Of a DNA stretch of 64,000 nt, positions 29,538-41,972 are shown in pieces; positions within the stretch are counted from its first letter, which is position 1; each line of letters starts with the position of its first letter. The position numbers were made by a program, and so were the translations under genes. A model generated the notes under the pieces. It was not told the DNA's origin. It worked only from the letters and a program-made list of their open reading frames with translations, and ran no database searches. Source of the DNA: Sulfurospirillaceae bacterium (GTDB lineage Bacteria > Campylobacterota > Campylobacteria > Campylobacterales > Sulfurospirillaceae); contig JAWVXD010000001.1 of assembly GCA_033723415.1 (NCBI GenBank), forward strand, positions 96,001 through 160,000. The letters run 5' to 3'.

Positions 29538-30818
29538 CTAAGCCTTTTGTAATAACTTTTCTATTTTCCCCAAGATAAGATTGGCGTGTACTTTCAGATC
29601 ATAGTATTCTCCCATATAGGAGAGTGGAATTTTCGTATCTTTTTGAATCTCATTTAGCATTTTAGTTAAATCCCTCTGAATCGTTAGTAGCTCTTCTCTT
29701 TTTGCGATTAGAAGTTTTGAATCCACTTCATGAAGAATTTTATACCATTTATATATTTGTGATCTTATCCTCCATCTGTATAACGGCAATACCCCTTTGA
29801 TAAGCGGGAAAAGCAGTGTCAAAAGAGGTATGATCATGATAGTGAGTCTTTCTATGGTATTTGCAATCCAAAAGGGCAGTATTTTCTCTAAAAAACTATC
29901 TCCTTTTAGAAGGTACCTTTTTGCATCCTTGCTTATAGGAATCTGTGTGTACTTATAAGTAGGAAACTCATTTTGCGATGAAAATATTGATGATGGAGAA
30001 TGTACTTTTATAGCGGCTCTTAAAAGCAGTTTTACTAGCACAGGATGTAATGTTTTTACAGATACCAATGTAGCAGTGGTCCCCAATAATACCTTATCAG
30101 AAGAAGGTATATTTTTCTCTAGACTGACAACGCCTTCACCGAGACTTAAAGAAGAAAGATATGGAAATTTTTTGCTGTATGCATTTGCTCTTTTAAAACT
30201 GAATAATTTTACATCTTTGTCTGATAATAGATCCTGAACTTTGCTTGAATTTGGTGATATGACGCTAAATATTGCATCGACTTTGCCATTTTTTAATGCT
30301 TGATGAGGATCTTGATTTTTTAAATCAACAAAATTTGTATTGGAACTGTTTATGTTATTTTCTCCTAGTAAAACAAGAGCCAATGCTCTAGTACCGCTTC
30401 CGACATCTCCAATGTAAAGATTTTTGCCTTTGAGCTGATATAGATATTTTAAATCTTTGATCCCTTTGTAAAATATCCAAAGTGGTTCATAGTAGATACT
30501 GCAAAGAGAGTTTAAATTTTGTATATCTTTTGTGCCGGCAGTTCCACCTTGCACAAAGGCTACATCTACTTTGTGTCTCTCTAAGAGCGAGAGAGCTTCT
30601 ACTGAGCCTGCAGTTGGGATAACCTGCAGATCAAAGTTTTCTTTTTTCAATATTTTTTTGTATTCAAGTGCATATTTGTAGTAAGAGCCTGTTGTCTTTC
30701 CTGTTGCTATCTTTATTGTTCGTGGAGCAGGTGGTTCTATAAACTGATATGAAAAAATTCCAACTGCTAAAACGATCAAGATAAATGGAAATAAAACCTT
30801 ACACCAATCACACTTCAT
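29538..30818 (-). CDS. TAXI-family solute-binding protein with N- and C-terminal membrane anchors
   Basis: IATG..GSY, TAGSVE, FVQGG, YYEPLWIFY, GSGT, then a TM helix and YRWRIRSQIYKWY. Confidence 0.8.
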   Translation of the reverse strand: MKCDWCKVLFPFILIVLAVGIFSYQFIEPPAPRTIKIATGKTTGSYYKYALEYKKILKKENFDLQVIPTAGSVEALSLLERHKVDVAFVQGGTAGTKDIQNLNSLCSIYYEPLWIFYKGIKDLKYLYQLKGKNLYIGDVGSGTRALALVLLGENNINSSNTNFVDLKNQDPHQALKNGKVDAIFSVISPNSSKVQDLLSDKDVKLFSFKRANAYSKKFPYLSSLSLGEGVVSLEKNIPSSDKVLLGTTATLVSVKTLHPVLVKLLLRAAIKVHSPSSIFSSQNEFPTYKYTQIPISKDAKRYLLKGDSFLEKILPFWIANTIERLTIMIIPLLTLLFPLIKGVLPLYRWRIRSQIYKWYKILHEVDSKLLIAKREELLTIQRDLTKMLNEIQKDTKIPLSYMGEYYDLKVHANLILGKIEKLLQKA

Positions 30819-30819
30819 A

Positions 30820-31950
<1,131 letters not shown>

Positions 31951-31981
31951 TTATTTTGTTGGTAGCATTTTATCTAAATAT

Positions 31982-32275
31982 TTACCATAATATAAATTTT
32001 GCCTTCTCAGAACCGGCTAACAATCCTAAACCTTGACTCTCTGGTCTTTTGCAGTGGATTGCATCAAATTCTTGAGCTATTGTGGCAGCTGATGGGGAAA
32101 AGTATATTTTGACTTCACACTGTAGTCTTCCTTCTGATTCATGTCTAAAAAAAACAGCCATATCTTCTGGCTCATTTTTCTTTTTATAAGTAGATAAAAA
32201 AAGTGTTTTTATATCTTCCATTATCTCTCCTGCCAACATCGCATCACCAAGATTACAGGTAAACCAAGTATTCAT
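31982..32275 (-). CDS. Hypothetical protein
   Basis: 97-aa ORF preceded by AAGGA; fills the gap between tgt and the COG3400-like gene. Confidence 0.7.
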   Translation of the reverse strand: MNTWFTCNLGDAMLAGEIMEDIKTLFLSTYKKKNEPEDMAVFFRHESEGRLQCEVKIYFSPSAATIAQEFDAIHCKRPESQGLGLLAGSEKAKFILW

Positions 32276-32387
32276 ATCTTTACTTTCCTTATATCGAAAT
32301 TTGTGTTCTATATAGAGACAAAATTATATATTATCTATTTAAAATATCATATTAGGTATAATGTACTCAATTTATTTTGGAGTATAG

Positions 32388-33797
32388 ATGAAAAAAATCC
32401 TTATACTAGCTGATGGCATTTTAGCAAAATATTTTTTAGAAAGAGTTATCAATCTGCAAGACGGAGAAAATAATTATTCTGTCGTATATTATCAGAAAAA
32501 ATCTGTGCCTGAACATATGCCCGAAAATTTTAAGTATCATTATTTTGATCCAACAAGTTTCAAAAAGCTGTCTTCCATCTTTGATGTAGATTTTTTTCAA
32601 GTCATGATAGTAGTGTCAAAAAAGATAGATGCCGTAGAAGCTTACCAAAATATCAGAAAAATTGATTCTCAGATACAAATAGTTATGGTCGATAGATGGG
32701 GAATAAAGTATGATGACAAAAGGTTGTATCTTTTGGATTCTAGAGAAGTTCTATCTTCCAGATTTGCTGATTATTTACCTGACATGCCGGTTATAGCACA
32801 AAATGTCGGACTGGGGCAAGGTGAGATTATGGAAGTTAGAATTCCTACCGGCAGCTCTTATTCATATCGACATCTTGGCAGCATTGAACAAAGTAAATGG
32901 AAAATTGCCGCGATATATAGAGCAAATGCCTTGATCTTACCAAGAGATTCTTTAATGATTCAACCAAACGATGTATTGCTTATTATCGGAAATCCCAATG
33001 TACTAAAAAGTGTGTATAAAAGTGCTAAAAGAGAGATAGGGCAGTTCCCATCACCGTTTGGACAGATAATCTACTGCTTGATCGACATGTTGAGCATGCG
33101 TGAGAAGGACATAGAAACTATCCTAAATGACGCTATGTTGTTACACTCCAAAATCAACTCTAGACGACTTTACATAAAAGTGATAAATCCCACATATTCA
33201 AAACAGTTTGAAAAGATCAAAAGCTATGAAGGAAAATATATAAGCGTCAATATTGATTATTATGAAAATTCTTTGCAAAAAACGCTTAAAACAGATGCCA
33301 AAAATCTAGATATAGGTCTTATCGTAGTTAGACATGATTTTTTTGTTAAGTACATAAAAGATCTATTTGAGATTAGAAAACCGATATTCAAGATTGGTTT
33401 TTGGGGATTTTCTGAAGTAAAAGAAGCAGTTATTTTAAGTAACAACAGTGAAGATATTGAAAAAGAATCTTCGGCTATATTTGATTTTTCCTCTCAACTG
33501 GATTTAAAGATAAAACTATACAATTTCAGACCGGAAGAAACTTCAACAGATGAAGAGTTAAGCGAGCATTTCAACAATCTTTCAAAGATATTTAATAAAG
33601 AAATAGAGATCATAGATTCTAAAAAAAATCCTCTTTTGGTACTTAGAAACAAAAATAATATTTTACAATTTGTACCTTTTAGCAAAAAAGTTTCTAGCTC
33701 AAACATCTTTTCTATCTTCTCTACAGATATGGAAAAGTTGTATTTTAAACTCGCTTCGAATTATCAAGTTTTTATCCCGGTTACAGTAGATTCATAG
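32388..33797 (+). CDS. TrkA-domain (COG3400-like) protein
   Basis: [29 protein letters not shown]; typical of epsilonproteobacteria next to aroB and tgt. Confidence 0.75.
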   Translation: MKKILILADGILAKYFLERVINLQDGENNYSVVYYQKKSVPEHMPENFKYHYFDPTSFKKLSSIFDVDFFQVMIVVSKKIDAVEAYQNIRKIDSQIQIVMVDRWGIKYDDKRLYLLDSREVLSSRFADYLPDMPVIAQNVGLGQGEIMEVRIPTGSSYSYRHLGSIEQSKWKIAAIYRANALILPRDSLMIQPNDVLLIIGNPNVLKSVYKSAKREIGQFPSPFGQIIYCLIDMLSMREKDIETILNDAMLLHSKINSRRLYIKVINPTYSKQFEKIKSYEGKYISVNIDYYENSLQKTLKTDAKNLDIGLIVVRHDFFVKYIKDLFEIRKPIFKIGFWGFSEVKEAVILSNNSEDIEKESSAIFDFSSQLDLKIKLYNFRPEETSTDEELSEHFNNLSKIFNKEIEIIDSKKNPLLVLRNKNNILQFVPFSKKVSSSNIFSIFSTDMEKLYFKLASNYQVFIPVTVDS

Positions 33798-33805
33798 GAG
33801 AATAT

Positions 33806-34852
33806 GTGTTTATAAACATTGATTTTAATACAACGGAAAAAAGAGATTACGAGATTTTTATAGATGAACTGGAAAAGCTTGAATTTGACACTAAAGTAGC
33901 CATAGTTACAAACCCTACTGTGGCAAAATTTCATCTTGATCATGTATTGTCTATTATTAAAGCAGATGCTGTTCATATTATAAGTATACCTGATGGCGAA
34001 GAGTATAAAAATATGGACACGATCCAATATATACTTGATAATTGCTTTGAAAATAGATTGGACAGAAAGTCCATACTGATCGCACTTGGTGGTGGAGTCA
34101 TAGGGGATATGACAGGATTTGCGGCTTCTATCTTTCAGCGAGGAATTAAATTTATACAGATGCCTACTACGCTACTTTCTCAAGTAGATGCTAGCGTCGG
34201 AGGGAAAACCGGTGTAAATTCAAAGTATGGAAAAAATCTAATAGGAACGTTTTGGCAGCCAAGTCGTGTTTATTGCGAAACGAAGTTTTTGGATACATTG
34301 CCAAAGAGAGAATTCTCAGCAGGAATTGCAGAGATCGTTAAAATGGCCGTAACCTTTGATGCAGACTTCTTTAAATGGTTGGAAGAGCATGACCTAAGAG
34401 ACAAAGAAAATCTAAAGATAGCAATTCACAAGAGTATACAAACGAAAGCGAAAGTTGTCAGTGAAGATGAAAGAGAAGAGGGTGTAAGAGCTGTTTTGAA
34501 CTATGGTCACACTTTTGCTCATGTGATCGAAAACGAAACACTATATAAGACTTATCTACATGGAGAAGCTGTTGCTATGGGAATGGTTATGGCAAATAGA
34601 TTAGCTTGCAAGCTTGGTTTGATGAGTGAAAATGAGGCAAAAAGAGTAGAACTAGTATTAAGAAAATATGATTTGCCTACAACTTATAAAGTCAAGAATA
34701 CTGAAGAATTTTATCAACATTTTTTCTTAGACAAGAAAAGTCACCACAACAAAATTACATTTGTTTTAGCTAAAGGTATAGGTTCTTTTGACCTTAGAAA
34801 CGACATAGATAAAACTCTTTTATTATCGGTATTGAGTGAGAGACATGGCTAA
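33806..34852 (+). CDS. aroB: 3-dehydroquinate synthase
   Basis: [36 protein letters not shown]. Confidence 0.96.
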   Translation: MFINIDFNTTEKRDYEIFIDELEKLEFDTKVAIVTNPTVAKFHLDHVLSIIKADAVHIISIPDGEEYKNMDTIQYILDNCFENRLDRKSILIALGGGVIGDMTGFAASIFQRGIKFIQMPTTLLSQVDASVGGKTGVNSKYGKNLIGTFWQPSRVYCETKFLDTLPKREFSAGIAEIVKMAVTFDADFFKWLEEHDLRDKENLKIAIHKSIQTKAKVVSEDEREEGVRAVLNYGHTFAHVIENETLYKTYLHGEAVAMGMVMANRLACKLGLMSENEAKRVELVLRKYDLPTTYKVKNTEEFYQHFFLDKKSHHNKITFVLAKGIGSFDLRNDIDKTLLLSVLSERHG

Positions 34853-36089
34853 GAAGGTATTTTTTAAAACATTTGGATGCAGAACTAATATCTATGATAC
34901 ACAAGTCATGATGCAGAATTTGAAAGATTTTGAAGTAACATCGGATGAAGATGCGGCACATATAGTAGTAGTAAATTCATGTACCGTGACAAATGGTGCA
35001 GATATCGGGGTTAGGAGCTATATAAATTCACTAAATAGAAAAGGCAAACAAGTTTTTATAGGTGGATGCGGTGCTTTTAGCAAGGGTGAAGAACTATTTG
35101 AGAAAGAGAAGGTTTTTGGAGTTTTCGGACACTCTGAAAAAGAGAATCTAAATAAGCTTTTACAAAGAGAAGAGAGATTTGTAGAAATAGGAGATCTAAA
35201 TTCACTAGATGAGACCATAGTAGAGGAATATCTCGGTAAAAGCAAAGCTTTCATAAAAATTCAAGAAGGATGCGATTTTAGGTGTAGTTATTGTATCATC
35301 CCATATGTGAGAGGTAACTCAAGAAGTCAAGATGAAAGCAAAATATTAGAACAGATCGAAAAACTGGCGACTAACGGCTATGGCGAATTTGTATTGACCG
35401 GTACAAATATCGGAAGTTACGGTAAAGACAAGGGAAGTTCACTTGGGAAATTGGTTCAGAATATAGGGAAAATAAGAGGAGTAAGAAGACTTCGATTAGG
35501 AAGCATAGAACCTGTACAGATAGATGAAAGTTTTAGAGAGATACTAAATGAACCATGGCTTGAGAGACACTTACATATAGCCTTGCAACACACTAATGAA
35601 GAGATGCTTCGTCTTATGAGAAGACGAAACAATGCAAAAGACGATCTGGATCTTTTTTATGAATTAGAAGATCTTGGGTTTGCCTTGGGAACTGATTTTA
35701 TAGTCGGTCATCCTGGAGAAAGTGATAGTATTTGGGAAGATGCCCTAAAGAAGATAGAAGATTTTCCTTTGACTCACATACACGCTTTTATATACTCAAA
35801 AAGAGACGGAACACCATCGGCTAAATTGAAAAATGAAATCAGGGGCGACATCTCAAAAATGAGATTAAAAGAATTAGAGTCCATTATCGCAAAGAAAAAT
35901 CTAGAGTTTAGATTGAAAAATAAAAAAAAGTTAGAAATATTAGTAGAAGAGAAGAAAGACGGTTTTTATATCGGATTTGATCAATTTTACAACAAAACTT
36001 TTGTAAAGTCGGATAAGAATATTTCAAAAGAATGGATAGAGATAGGAGATTATGATGTCAGGGAAAATGGAAACTATGCTGAATTTTAA
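34845..36089 (+). CDS. mtaB: tRNA t6A methylthiotransferase
   Basis: [26 protein letters not shown]. Confidence 0.88.
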   Translation: MAKKVFFKTFGCRTNIYDTQVMMQNLKDFEVTSDEDAAHIVVVNSCTVTNGADIGVRSYINSLNRKGKQVFIGGCGAFSKGEELFEKEKVFGVFGHSEKENLNKLLQREERFVEIGDLNSLDETIVEEYLGKSKAFIKIQEGCDFRCSYCIIPYVRGNSRSQDESKILEQIEKLATNGYGEFVLTGTNIGSYGKDKGSSLGKLVQNIGKIRGVRRLRLGSIEPVQIDESFREILNEPWLERHLHIALQHTNEEMLRLMRRRNNAKDDLDLFYELEDLGFALGTDFIVGHPGESDSIWEDALKKIEDFPLTHIHAFIYSKRDGTPSAKLKNEIRGDISKMRLKELESIIAKKNLEFRLKNKKKLEILVEEKKDGFYIGFDQFYNKTFVKSDKNISKEWIEIGDYDVRENGNYAEF

Positions 36090-37737
36090 ATCCAAAAAAT
36101 TATTAGTGGCTCTCATAGCGCTTTGTGTTATCGCTATTTTGTTGGGATATCAATATATACAAAATTCTCCTTCCATAATAAATCTTGATACATATAACAA
36201 ACTTCTCGATAAGGGCTCTATCCTCAATGCCAAGATCGAGCAAAACGAAGTCATTTTATATACACAAGATAAAGCTTACTCTATCGCAAAAGATGGCATT
36301 GTCATCAAAGATCTACTTAAACAAGTTCCTATAGAAGTAGCAAGTGATAGTCAATATGTAGATGATCTGACATCAGTCTTTGCATTTGCTTTGATTATGT
36401 TATTTGTGATCTTGTATGCAAAAAAAAGACAGTTAAAAGAAACTCAAGAAGAAGAGCACAAAAAAGAGCCAAAGATGCTCTCTTTGGATTCTCTTGCATC
36501 CTTTGATATGCATCCTGCAATCTCAAAAATAAAGTTTACCGATGTAGCCGGGATCAAGGAAGTCAAAGAAGAATTAGAAGAGATAGTCGACTTTTTAAAA
36601 TACCCTGCGAAATATTTAAAATATGGAATATCACTTCCAAGAGGAGTTTTACTGATAGGTCCTCCGGGAGTAGGAAAAACTCTCATAGCCAAAGCAGTCG
36701 CTGGTGAAGCAAATGTTCCGTTCTTTTATCAAAGCGGTGCCAGTTTTGTGCAGATTTATGTCGGTATGGGTGCAAAGAGAGTAAGAGAACTGTTTTCACA
36801 CGCCAAAGCTTATGCCCCATCTATTATCTTTATAGATGAAATAGATGCCGTAGGCAAAGCAAGAGGCGGTATGAGAAACGATGAGAGAGAATCTACACTC
36901 AATCAGCTTCTAACAGAGATGGACGGTTTTGAAGATAACAGCGGAGTAATCGTCATAGGAGCAACAAATAAGATAGAAGTGATAGATGAAGCTTTACTTC
37001 GCTCTGGTAGATTTGACAGAAGAGTTTTTATTCCTCTTCCTGATCTCTCAGATAGAAAAGAAATATTAAAGATATACTTGAAAAACAAGCCATATGATGC
37101 CAATATAGATGAAATTGCCAAGATGAGCGTGGGGTTTTCAGGTGCTGCCCTTTCCACCTTTGTAAATGAAGCTGCCATAAATGCTTTAAGAAGAGAGAGT
37201 CAGATGATTGAACAAGAAGATTTTACAGCCGTAAAATTAAAAGTACTTCTTGGAAAAACAAAAGTCTTAAGCTATAGTGAAAATGAAAAAAGAATACAAT
37301 CGGTATATCAGGGAGCAAAAGCTTTATGTGCATACTGGTTTGAAGTTGATTTTGACAAAATTACAATAGTGAATGATAGATTAAAAGATATGGACAAAGA
37401 GATAGAGTCCAAAACACAGATGTTGTCAAAAGTAAAAGTGTATCTTGCCGGAATAGTAGCTACAAAGATAAAATACAACGAAAAGTTTTCAAATTCAACA
37501 GATGATTTAAAAAGAGCTACCAGCATAGTTCAAAATATGGTAAACAACTATGGTATGGGAGACGGTGTACTTCCAAATAATATGGATGTAGAAAAAATTT
37601 TAAATGAAGCTTATTCTGAGGTAGAAAATTTTTTATTGGGTATGAGTACCACTCTTGATAACATTTCAGATATTTTATTTGAAAAAGAGAGCGTGTCAAG
37701 AGATGATTTGAAGAAAATCTTAGATGAAGTATTTTAG
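36076..37737 (+). CDS. FtsH-like AAA+ ATPase lacking the HExxH protease motif
   Basis: Two TM helices, [32 protein letters not shown]. The HEAGH position reads YQGAK. Confidence 0.85.
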   Translation: MLNFKSKKLLVALIALCVIAILLGYQYIQNSPSIINLDTYNKLLDKGSILNAKIEQNEVILYTQDKAYSIAKDGIVIKDLLKQVPIEVASDSQYVDDLTSVFAFALIMLFVILYAKKRQLKETQEEEHKKEPKMLSLDSLASFDMHPAISKIKFTDVAGIKEVKEELEEIVDFLKYPAKYLKYGISLPRGVLLIGPPGVGKTLIAKAVAGEANVPFFYQSGASFVQIYVGMGAKRVRELFSHAKAYAPSIIFIDEIDAVGKARGGMRNDERESTLNQLLTEMDGFEDNSGVIVIGATNKIEVIDEALLRSGRFDRRVFIPLPDLSDRKEILKIYLKNKPYDANIDEIAKMSVGFSGAALSTFVNEAAINALRRESQMIEQEDFTAVKLKVLLGKTKVLSYSENEKRIQSVYQGAKALCAYWFEVDFDKITIVNDRLKDMDKEIESKTQMLSKVKVYLAGIVATKIKYNEKFSNSTDDLKRATSIVQNMVNNYGMGDGVLPNNMDVEKILNEAYSEVENFLLGMSTTLDNISDILFEKESVSRDDLKKILDEVF

Positions 37738-38233
37738 TGGATTCTGCTTCCAGAATGAGCAGAGCTTATTTCAAGAATGGATACAAAACAATGATTTCTC
37801 TATAGCAGGGTTTAGTTACGGAGCTATAAAGGCTTTGGAATATTCGCTATCTTATGGGTATAGGATAGACAAACTTCAGCTTTTTTCTCCGGCTTTTTTT
37901 CAATATAAAGATAAAAACTTCACAAAACTTCAAATGTTCTCTTTTAAACAAGACCAAGAGAAATATGTCCAGGAATTTTTCTCAAACGCTATTTTCCCTT
38001 CTAAAATTGATATTTCAAAATTCATAAAAGCTGATACTTATGAAGCTTTGTCTGAGTTTCTAGATTATAAATGGGAAGCAAAAAAACTAGAATCCATACG
38101 AAAGCGTGGAATCAAGATAGAAGTCTATCTGGGTGCAAAAGATAAGATCATGGACCCAGATAAAGTTTTAGATTTTTTTCTTCCGTATTCTGATGTTTAT
38201 TTTATGAAAGATGTTGGACATATTCTCAAATAA
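37724..38233 (+). CDS. bioV: Pimeloyl-ACP methyl ester esterase
   Basis: FSGFCF.NE, GFSYG nucleophile motif, LFSPAFF, DKI, GHIL. Confidence 0.8.
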   Translation: MKYFSGFCFQNEQSLFQEWIQNNDFSIAGFSYGAIKALEYSLSYGYRIDKLQLFSPAFFQYKDKNFTKLQMFSFKQDQEKYVQEFFSNAIFPSKIDISKFIKADTYEALSEFLDYKWEAKKLESIRKRGIKIEVYLGAKDKIMDPDKVLDFFLPYSDVYFMKDVGHILK

Positions 38234-38819
38234 ATAAGACGGTACATTCCATCGCTCCATGTGCGCCTATGACCAAAGATTGCTCTATGTCAGCAGTTTT
38301 TGATGGACCGCTGATAAATGTTCCAAAAGTACTGTTATCTTTAAATTGTATCTTTTGATATGCTTCATGCATGCTGTCAACAATTTCACTGTTTTTCACA
38401 ACAATTAGCAGTTTACGGGCTATAAAATAGACTGCTCTATTGATATTTTGATCTTCCTTCACCCATACAGCTCCATTTTCAGCTACTGCAAATTCACCTT
38501 GGATTACAGCTAAGTCAATATCTTTGAGATCATGTGGATCTTTAACATTATTTGTGTGTATATGTCCTATATTCAAGTCAATATTTGTTGCAATTTCACC
38601 TATTTGTGTATAGTTGCTTTTTATATATTCCTCTAGTGTTATGTTGGTATCTAACCATCTTGCTACTCCACCTACTGAGTTTAGCATAGTTTCAAACTGT
38701 TTGTTTTTGTTATCATATATCACATGCTCAATCTCAATATCAGGTAAGTTTTTGTCTACATTGTTGCTACCGGCATTTCCTTGTCGAATGCTGTCTAAGA
38801 TTTGTTTTTTAGAGCTCAT
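38226..38819 (-). CDS. lutC: Lactate utilization protein C (LUD domain)
   Basis: AVAENGAVW, FISGPSKTADIEQSLVIGAHG. Start at ATG 38819, overlapping the lutB stop. Confidence 0.88.
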   Translation of the reverse strand: MSSKKQILDSIRQGNAGSNNVDKNLPDIEIEHVIYDNKNKQFETMLNSVGGVARWLDTNITLEEYIKSNYTQIGEIATNIDLNIGHIHTNNVKDPHDLKDIDLAVIQGEFAVAENGAVWVKEDQNINRAVYFIARKLLIVVKNSEIVDSMHEAYQKIQFKDNSTFGTFISGPSKTADIEQSLVIGAHGAMECTVLFI

Positions 38820-40180
38820 TTTTTCCTCTCTTTGTATAACTCTTTGAAGCTGTTTTTTGGGAATTTTGGCAATTCTCTGTTCTTTCCCCAAAGATTTAAC
38901 TTTGAATATATAAAACTTCGTGGCATTATAGGAACTAATTTCCTTGCGATCCTTCCACCAAGAGCCATCATAGAAGGGTGTTGCATGACCCAGGTTGCTA
39001 TCTTTAGTGATCTATGTTTGGTTTTTGAAAGCAGACCGAGAGCAACTACATCTTGTCTATGTAGGTAGAGCTGTTCGTGAAGATCAACTTTGACAGGACA
39101 TATATTTGTACATGATGCACATAACGAACAAGCAAACGGTAGCGTGTAATTTCTTTTTATATCTTTACTCGCACCCAAAGTTGATCCTATCGGACCAGGA
39201 ATAGTGTATCCATAACTGTATCCGCCGCTTCTTCTATAGATTGGACAAGTATTCAAACAAGCGCCGCATCTTATACATTGGAGTGATTTTATATATTTTT
39301 TATTCGCTAATATTTTACTTCTTCCATTGTCCACTATGACAATATGCATCTCTCCGTCTTTTTGAGGAGAATGATAATGTGATGTATAAGTTGTGATAGG
39401 TTGTCCTGTTGCGCTTCTTGCAAGTAATCTTGTGAAAATAGAGAGATCTTTGAGTCTAGGTATAATTTTTTCTATTCCCATTGAAGCGATATGTAGCTTT
39501 GGAAGGCTTGCTCCAAGATCAGCATTTCCCTCATTGGTACAGACTACGATACCGCCTGTTTCACTTATAGCAAAATTTACTCCGGTTAAGGCTGCATCCG
39601 AGCCCAAAAATTTTTGTCTCAAATGTTCTCTTGCTTCTCGCGTCAGGTATGTTGGATCAGAGTTTCCTTTTTGTGTTTTTAAAAATTTTTCAAAAGTTGT
39701 TCCGACATCTTCTTTTTTTAGATGAATCGCAGGCAATACGATATGAGAAGGTGGCTCGTTTCTTAATTGTACGATTCTCTCCCCTAGATCAGTATCTACT
39801 ACTTCGATACCGTTGCTCTCTAAATATGGATTTAAGTGACACTCTTCTGTTAGCATTGATTTGCTTTTTACTAATTTTTTTGCACCTCTTTTTTGAAGAA
39901 TGTCTAAGACTATTCTATTGTGTTCTGTCGCATCTTTTGCCCAATGTACCTCAATACCTCTTTGTTTGGCATTTTTTTCAAATTCTTCAAGATAATAATC
40001 CAATTTACTTAATGCGTGCGTCTTGATCTGATCAGCTTTATTGCGAAGTTCTTCCCATTCATCTAAGCTGTGCGCTTGGATATCTCTTTTTTTACGAACA
40101 AACCACAATGCTTGATCATGCCATTTCATCCTTGGTACGTCTGAAGCAAACTTATCTGCTAACTCAGGATGGCTACTCAT
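38816..40180 (-). CDS. lutB: Lactate utilization protein B (Fe-S)
   Basis: KSKSMLTEE, TDLGE, PSHIVLPA, TNEGNA, CIRCGACLNTCP, CSLCASCTNICP. Confidence 0.92.
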   Translation of the reverse strand: MSSHPELADKFASDVPRMKWHDQALWFVRKKRDIQAHSLDEWEELRNKADQIKTHALSKLDYYLEEFEKNAKQRGIEVHWAKDATEHNRIVLDILQKRGAKKLVKSKSMLTEECHLNPYLESNGIEVVDTDLGERIVQLRNEPPSHIVLPAIHLKKEDVGTTFEKFLKTQKGNSDPTYLTREAREHLRQKFLGSDAALTGVNFAISETGGIVVCTNEGNADLGASLPKLHIASMGIEKIIPRLKDLSIFTRLLARSATGQPITTYTSHYHSPQKDGEMHIVIVDNGRSKILANKKYIKSLQCIRCGACLNTCPIYRRSGGYSYGYTIPGPIGSTLGASKDIKRNYTLPFACSLCASCTNICPVKVDLHEQLYLHRQDVVALGLLSKTKHRSLKIATWVMQHPSMMALGGRIARKLVPIMPRSFIYSKLNLWGKNRELPKFPKNSFKELYKERKK

Positions 40181-40186
40181 CGTCTT

Positions 40187-40257
40187 TCTCCTTTACCTTG
40201 AGCGGAAGCCAAAGTTAAATTCTTAGTACTGAAGCTACTACTTTGTCGAGATGATTT
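40187..40257 (-). repeat. Structured intergenic element, copy 2 (between lutA and lutB)
   Basis: Similar to 15594-15662; ends in the AAGGAG SD of lutB. Confidence 0.6.
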
Positions 40258-41000
40258 CATTTTAACCCCCTCGCTAAAATTTGGGCTATATAGATCGTTT
40301 TGATAGGAAGTTTTTCTCGATCTATAAGACCTTGCATATGCATAAGACATGACATATCGACACCTGTGATATATTGACTCCCCGCTTTTATATGATCCTC
40401 TAAACGAGCTCTTCCCATGGCAACACTCATTGCCTCTTCAGTAACTGCAAAAGTACCTCCGAAACCACAACATTCATCATTACGTTGAAGCTCTGAAAAT
40501 GAGATATCATTTACCATATCTAGTATATTTTTAATTTTTGAAAAAACAGGAGTATTCCTTTCGCTCATACTGGCAAGTCCCAATTCTCTATGTCCGTGAC
40601 ATGAATTATGAATACCTACTTTATAAGGAAAACTTACGGATAACTCTTTTGGTTTTATGATATCGTGCAAAAATTCTATAAGTTCATAAGTGTTGTTTCG
40701 TATATGTTCAAAACCGTCCATCCCTGATAAAAACTGAGCATAATTGTTCCTTACCATGCTTACACAGCTTCCGCTAGGTGCTACAATGTAGTCATATTTT
40801 TTAAATATTTCCAAAAATCTTTTTGCCAAAATCGAAGCTTCATGAGCACATCCTGTATTTGCCATGGGCTGCCCACAACAAGTTTGTTCGAGAGGATATT
40901 CTACATCCAGACCAAAACTTTCCAGGATTTTTAAAGTATCCATAGATGCCTCAGGATAAAGTTCATTCATAAAACAAGGAATAAAAAGACCAATTTTCAT
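40257..41000 (-). CDS. lutA: Lactate utilization protein A (CCG domains)
   Basis: QTCCGQP, SGSC, HNSCHG, CCGFGG, SCLMH. Confidence 0.92.
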   Translation of the reverse strand: MKIGLFIPCFMNELYPEASMDTLKILESFGLDVEYPLEQTCCGQPMANTGCAHEASILAKRFLEIFKKYDYIVAPSGSCVSMVRNNYAQFLSGMDGFEHIRNNTYELIEFLHDIIKPKELSVSFPYKVGIHNSCHGHRELGLASMSERNTPVFSKIKNILDMVNDISFSELQRNDECCGFGGTFAVTEEAMSVAMGRARLEDHIKAGSQYITGVDMSCLMHMQGLIDREKLPIKTIYIAQILARGLK

Positions 41001-41022
41001 TCAAGTGCTCCTTCTGAGTTTT

Positions 41023-41045
41023 AAGTTACTAATTAATTGTAACTT
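41023..41045. promoter_or_regulatory. Palindrome upstream of lutA (putative operator)
   Basis: AAGTTAC-TAATTAATT-GTAACTT. Confidence 0.4.
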
Positions 41046-41173
41046 TTGCATATAACAAAGAAATGACAAAAGTCCAATCAAGATAGTAATGTATTTAAAA
41101 TATACTCTATAAGTAACACTCCAAGTGTCAGAGAACAAACGATAAATACTACTGTCAATATTTTTTGCATGTT

Positions 41174-41803
41174 CTATCTTTGTGTTAGAGCTAATTTGAT
41201 AGCTAGTAAGCCAAATATACTTCCAGCTACTTTGTTTAATATTCCTTCGGCATTTTTGTTTCTGTTAAACCAATCTCCAAGTTTGCCGGCAACAAGACTA
41301 ACACCGCTAAATACCAAGAAAGTGCAAACTATAAAAATGAATCCCAAAATAAAGATTTGCAATGTTATGTTTCCATTTTTAGCATCTGTGAATTGTGGTA
41401 AAAATGCCAAAAAGAAGATTGAAACTTTAGGATTTGTAATGTTCATGAAGATGCCTCTTCTATAAAGTTTGAAATAGCTGAGTTTTGCCTGATTTGCTTT
41501 TAGATGGTGAGAAGATGAACTTTTGAAAGACAGATATGCCAAATATAGAAGATATAGAGCACCTATGTATTTTAATGCATCAAAAGCCAATTGTGAAGTC
41601 TGAAATATCGCAGCAACACCAAGTGCGACTGCAGTCGTATGAACTATCAATCCGGTACATAGCCCCATAGTCACAAATATACCCGGTTTTGCTCCTTTGC
41701 TCATAGATTGTGTCAAAACAAATATATTGTCAGGTCCAGGGGCCAATGCTAAAAGAACCGAAGCAGTGACAAATAAAACAATTGTATCAATAGAAAACAT
41801 CAA
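41174..41803 (-). CDS. LysE/RhtB family translocator
   Basis: PGPD, GALYL.YLA, GIFMNITNPK, FLPQF. Confidence 0.9.
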   Translation of the reverse strand: MMFSIDTIVLFVTASVLLALAPGPDNIFVLTQSMSKGAKPGIFVTMGLCTGLIVHTTAVALGVAAIFQTSQLAFDALKYIGALYLLYLAYLSFKSSSSHHLKANQAKLSYFKLYRRGIFMNITNPKVSIFFLAFLPQFTDAKNGNITLQIFILGFIFIVCTFLVFSGVSLVAGKLGDWFNRNKNAEGILNKVAGSIFGLLAIKLALTQR

Positions 41804-41972
41804 AATCCTTTTTTCTTTTTATTCTATCAAATAAATCGTTTATATATTATTATTTCATTTCATAGGAAAAGTGAAGAATTTTCATTTAATAACATTTTGA
41901 TGTTTTGTAGCTTATAATTATGAAATATTTTTGAAAAAACTTTTATTTGCAAATTTTTTAAAAGCGAGATGA

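Noticed and set aside
41804..41972. Possible c-di-AMP or other riboswitch upstream of ktrB
   Set aside because: The region is very AT-rich with no recognisable stems or conserved motif.
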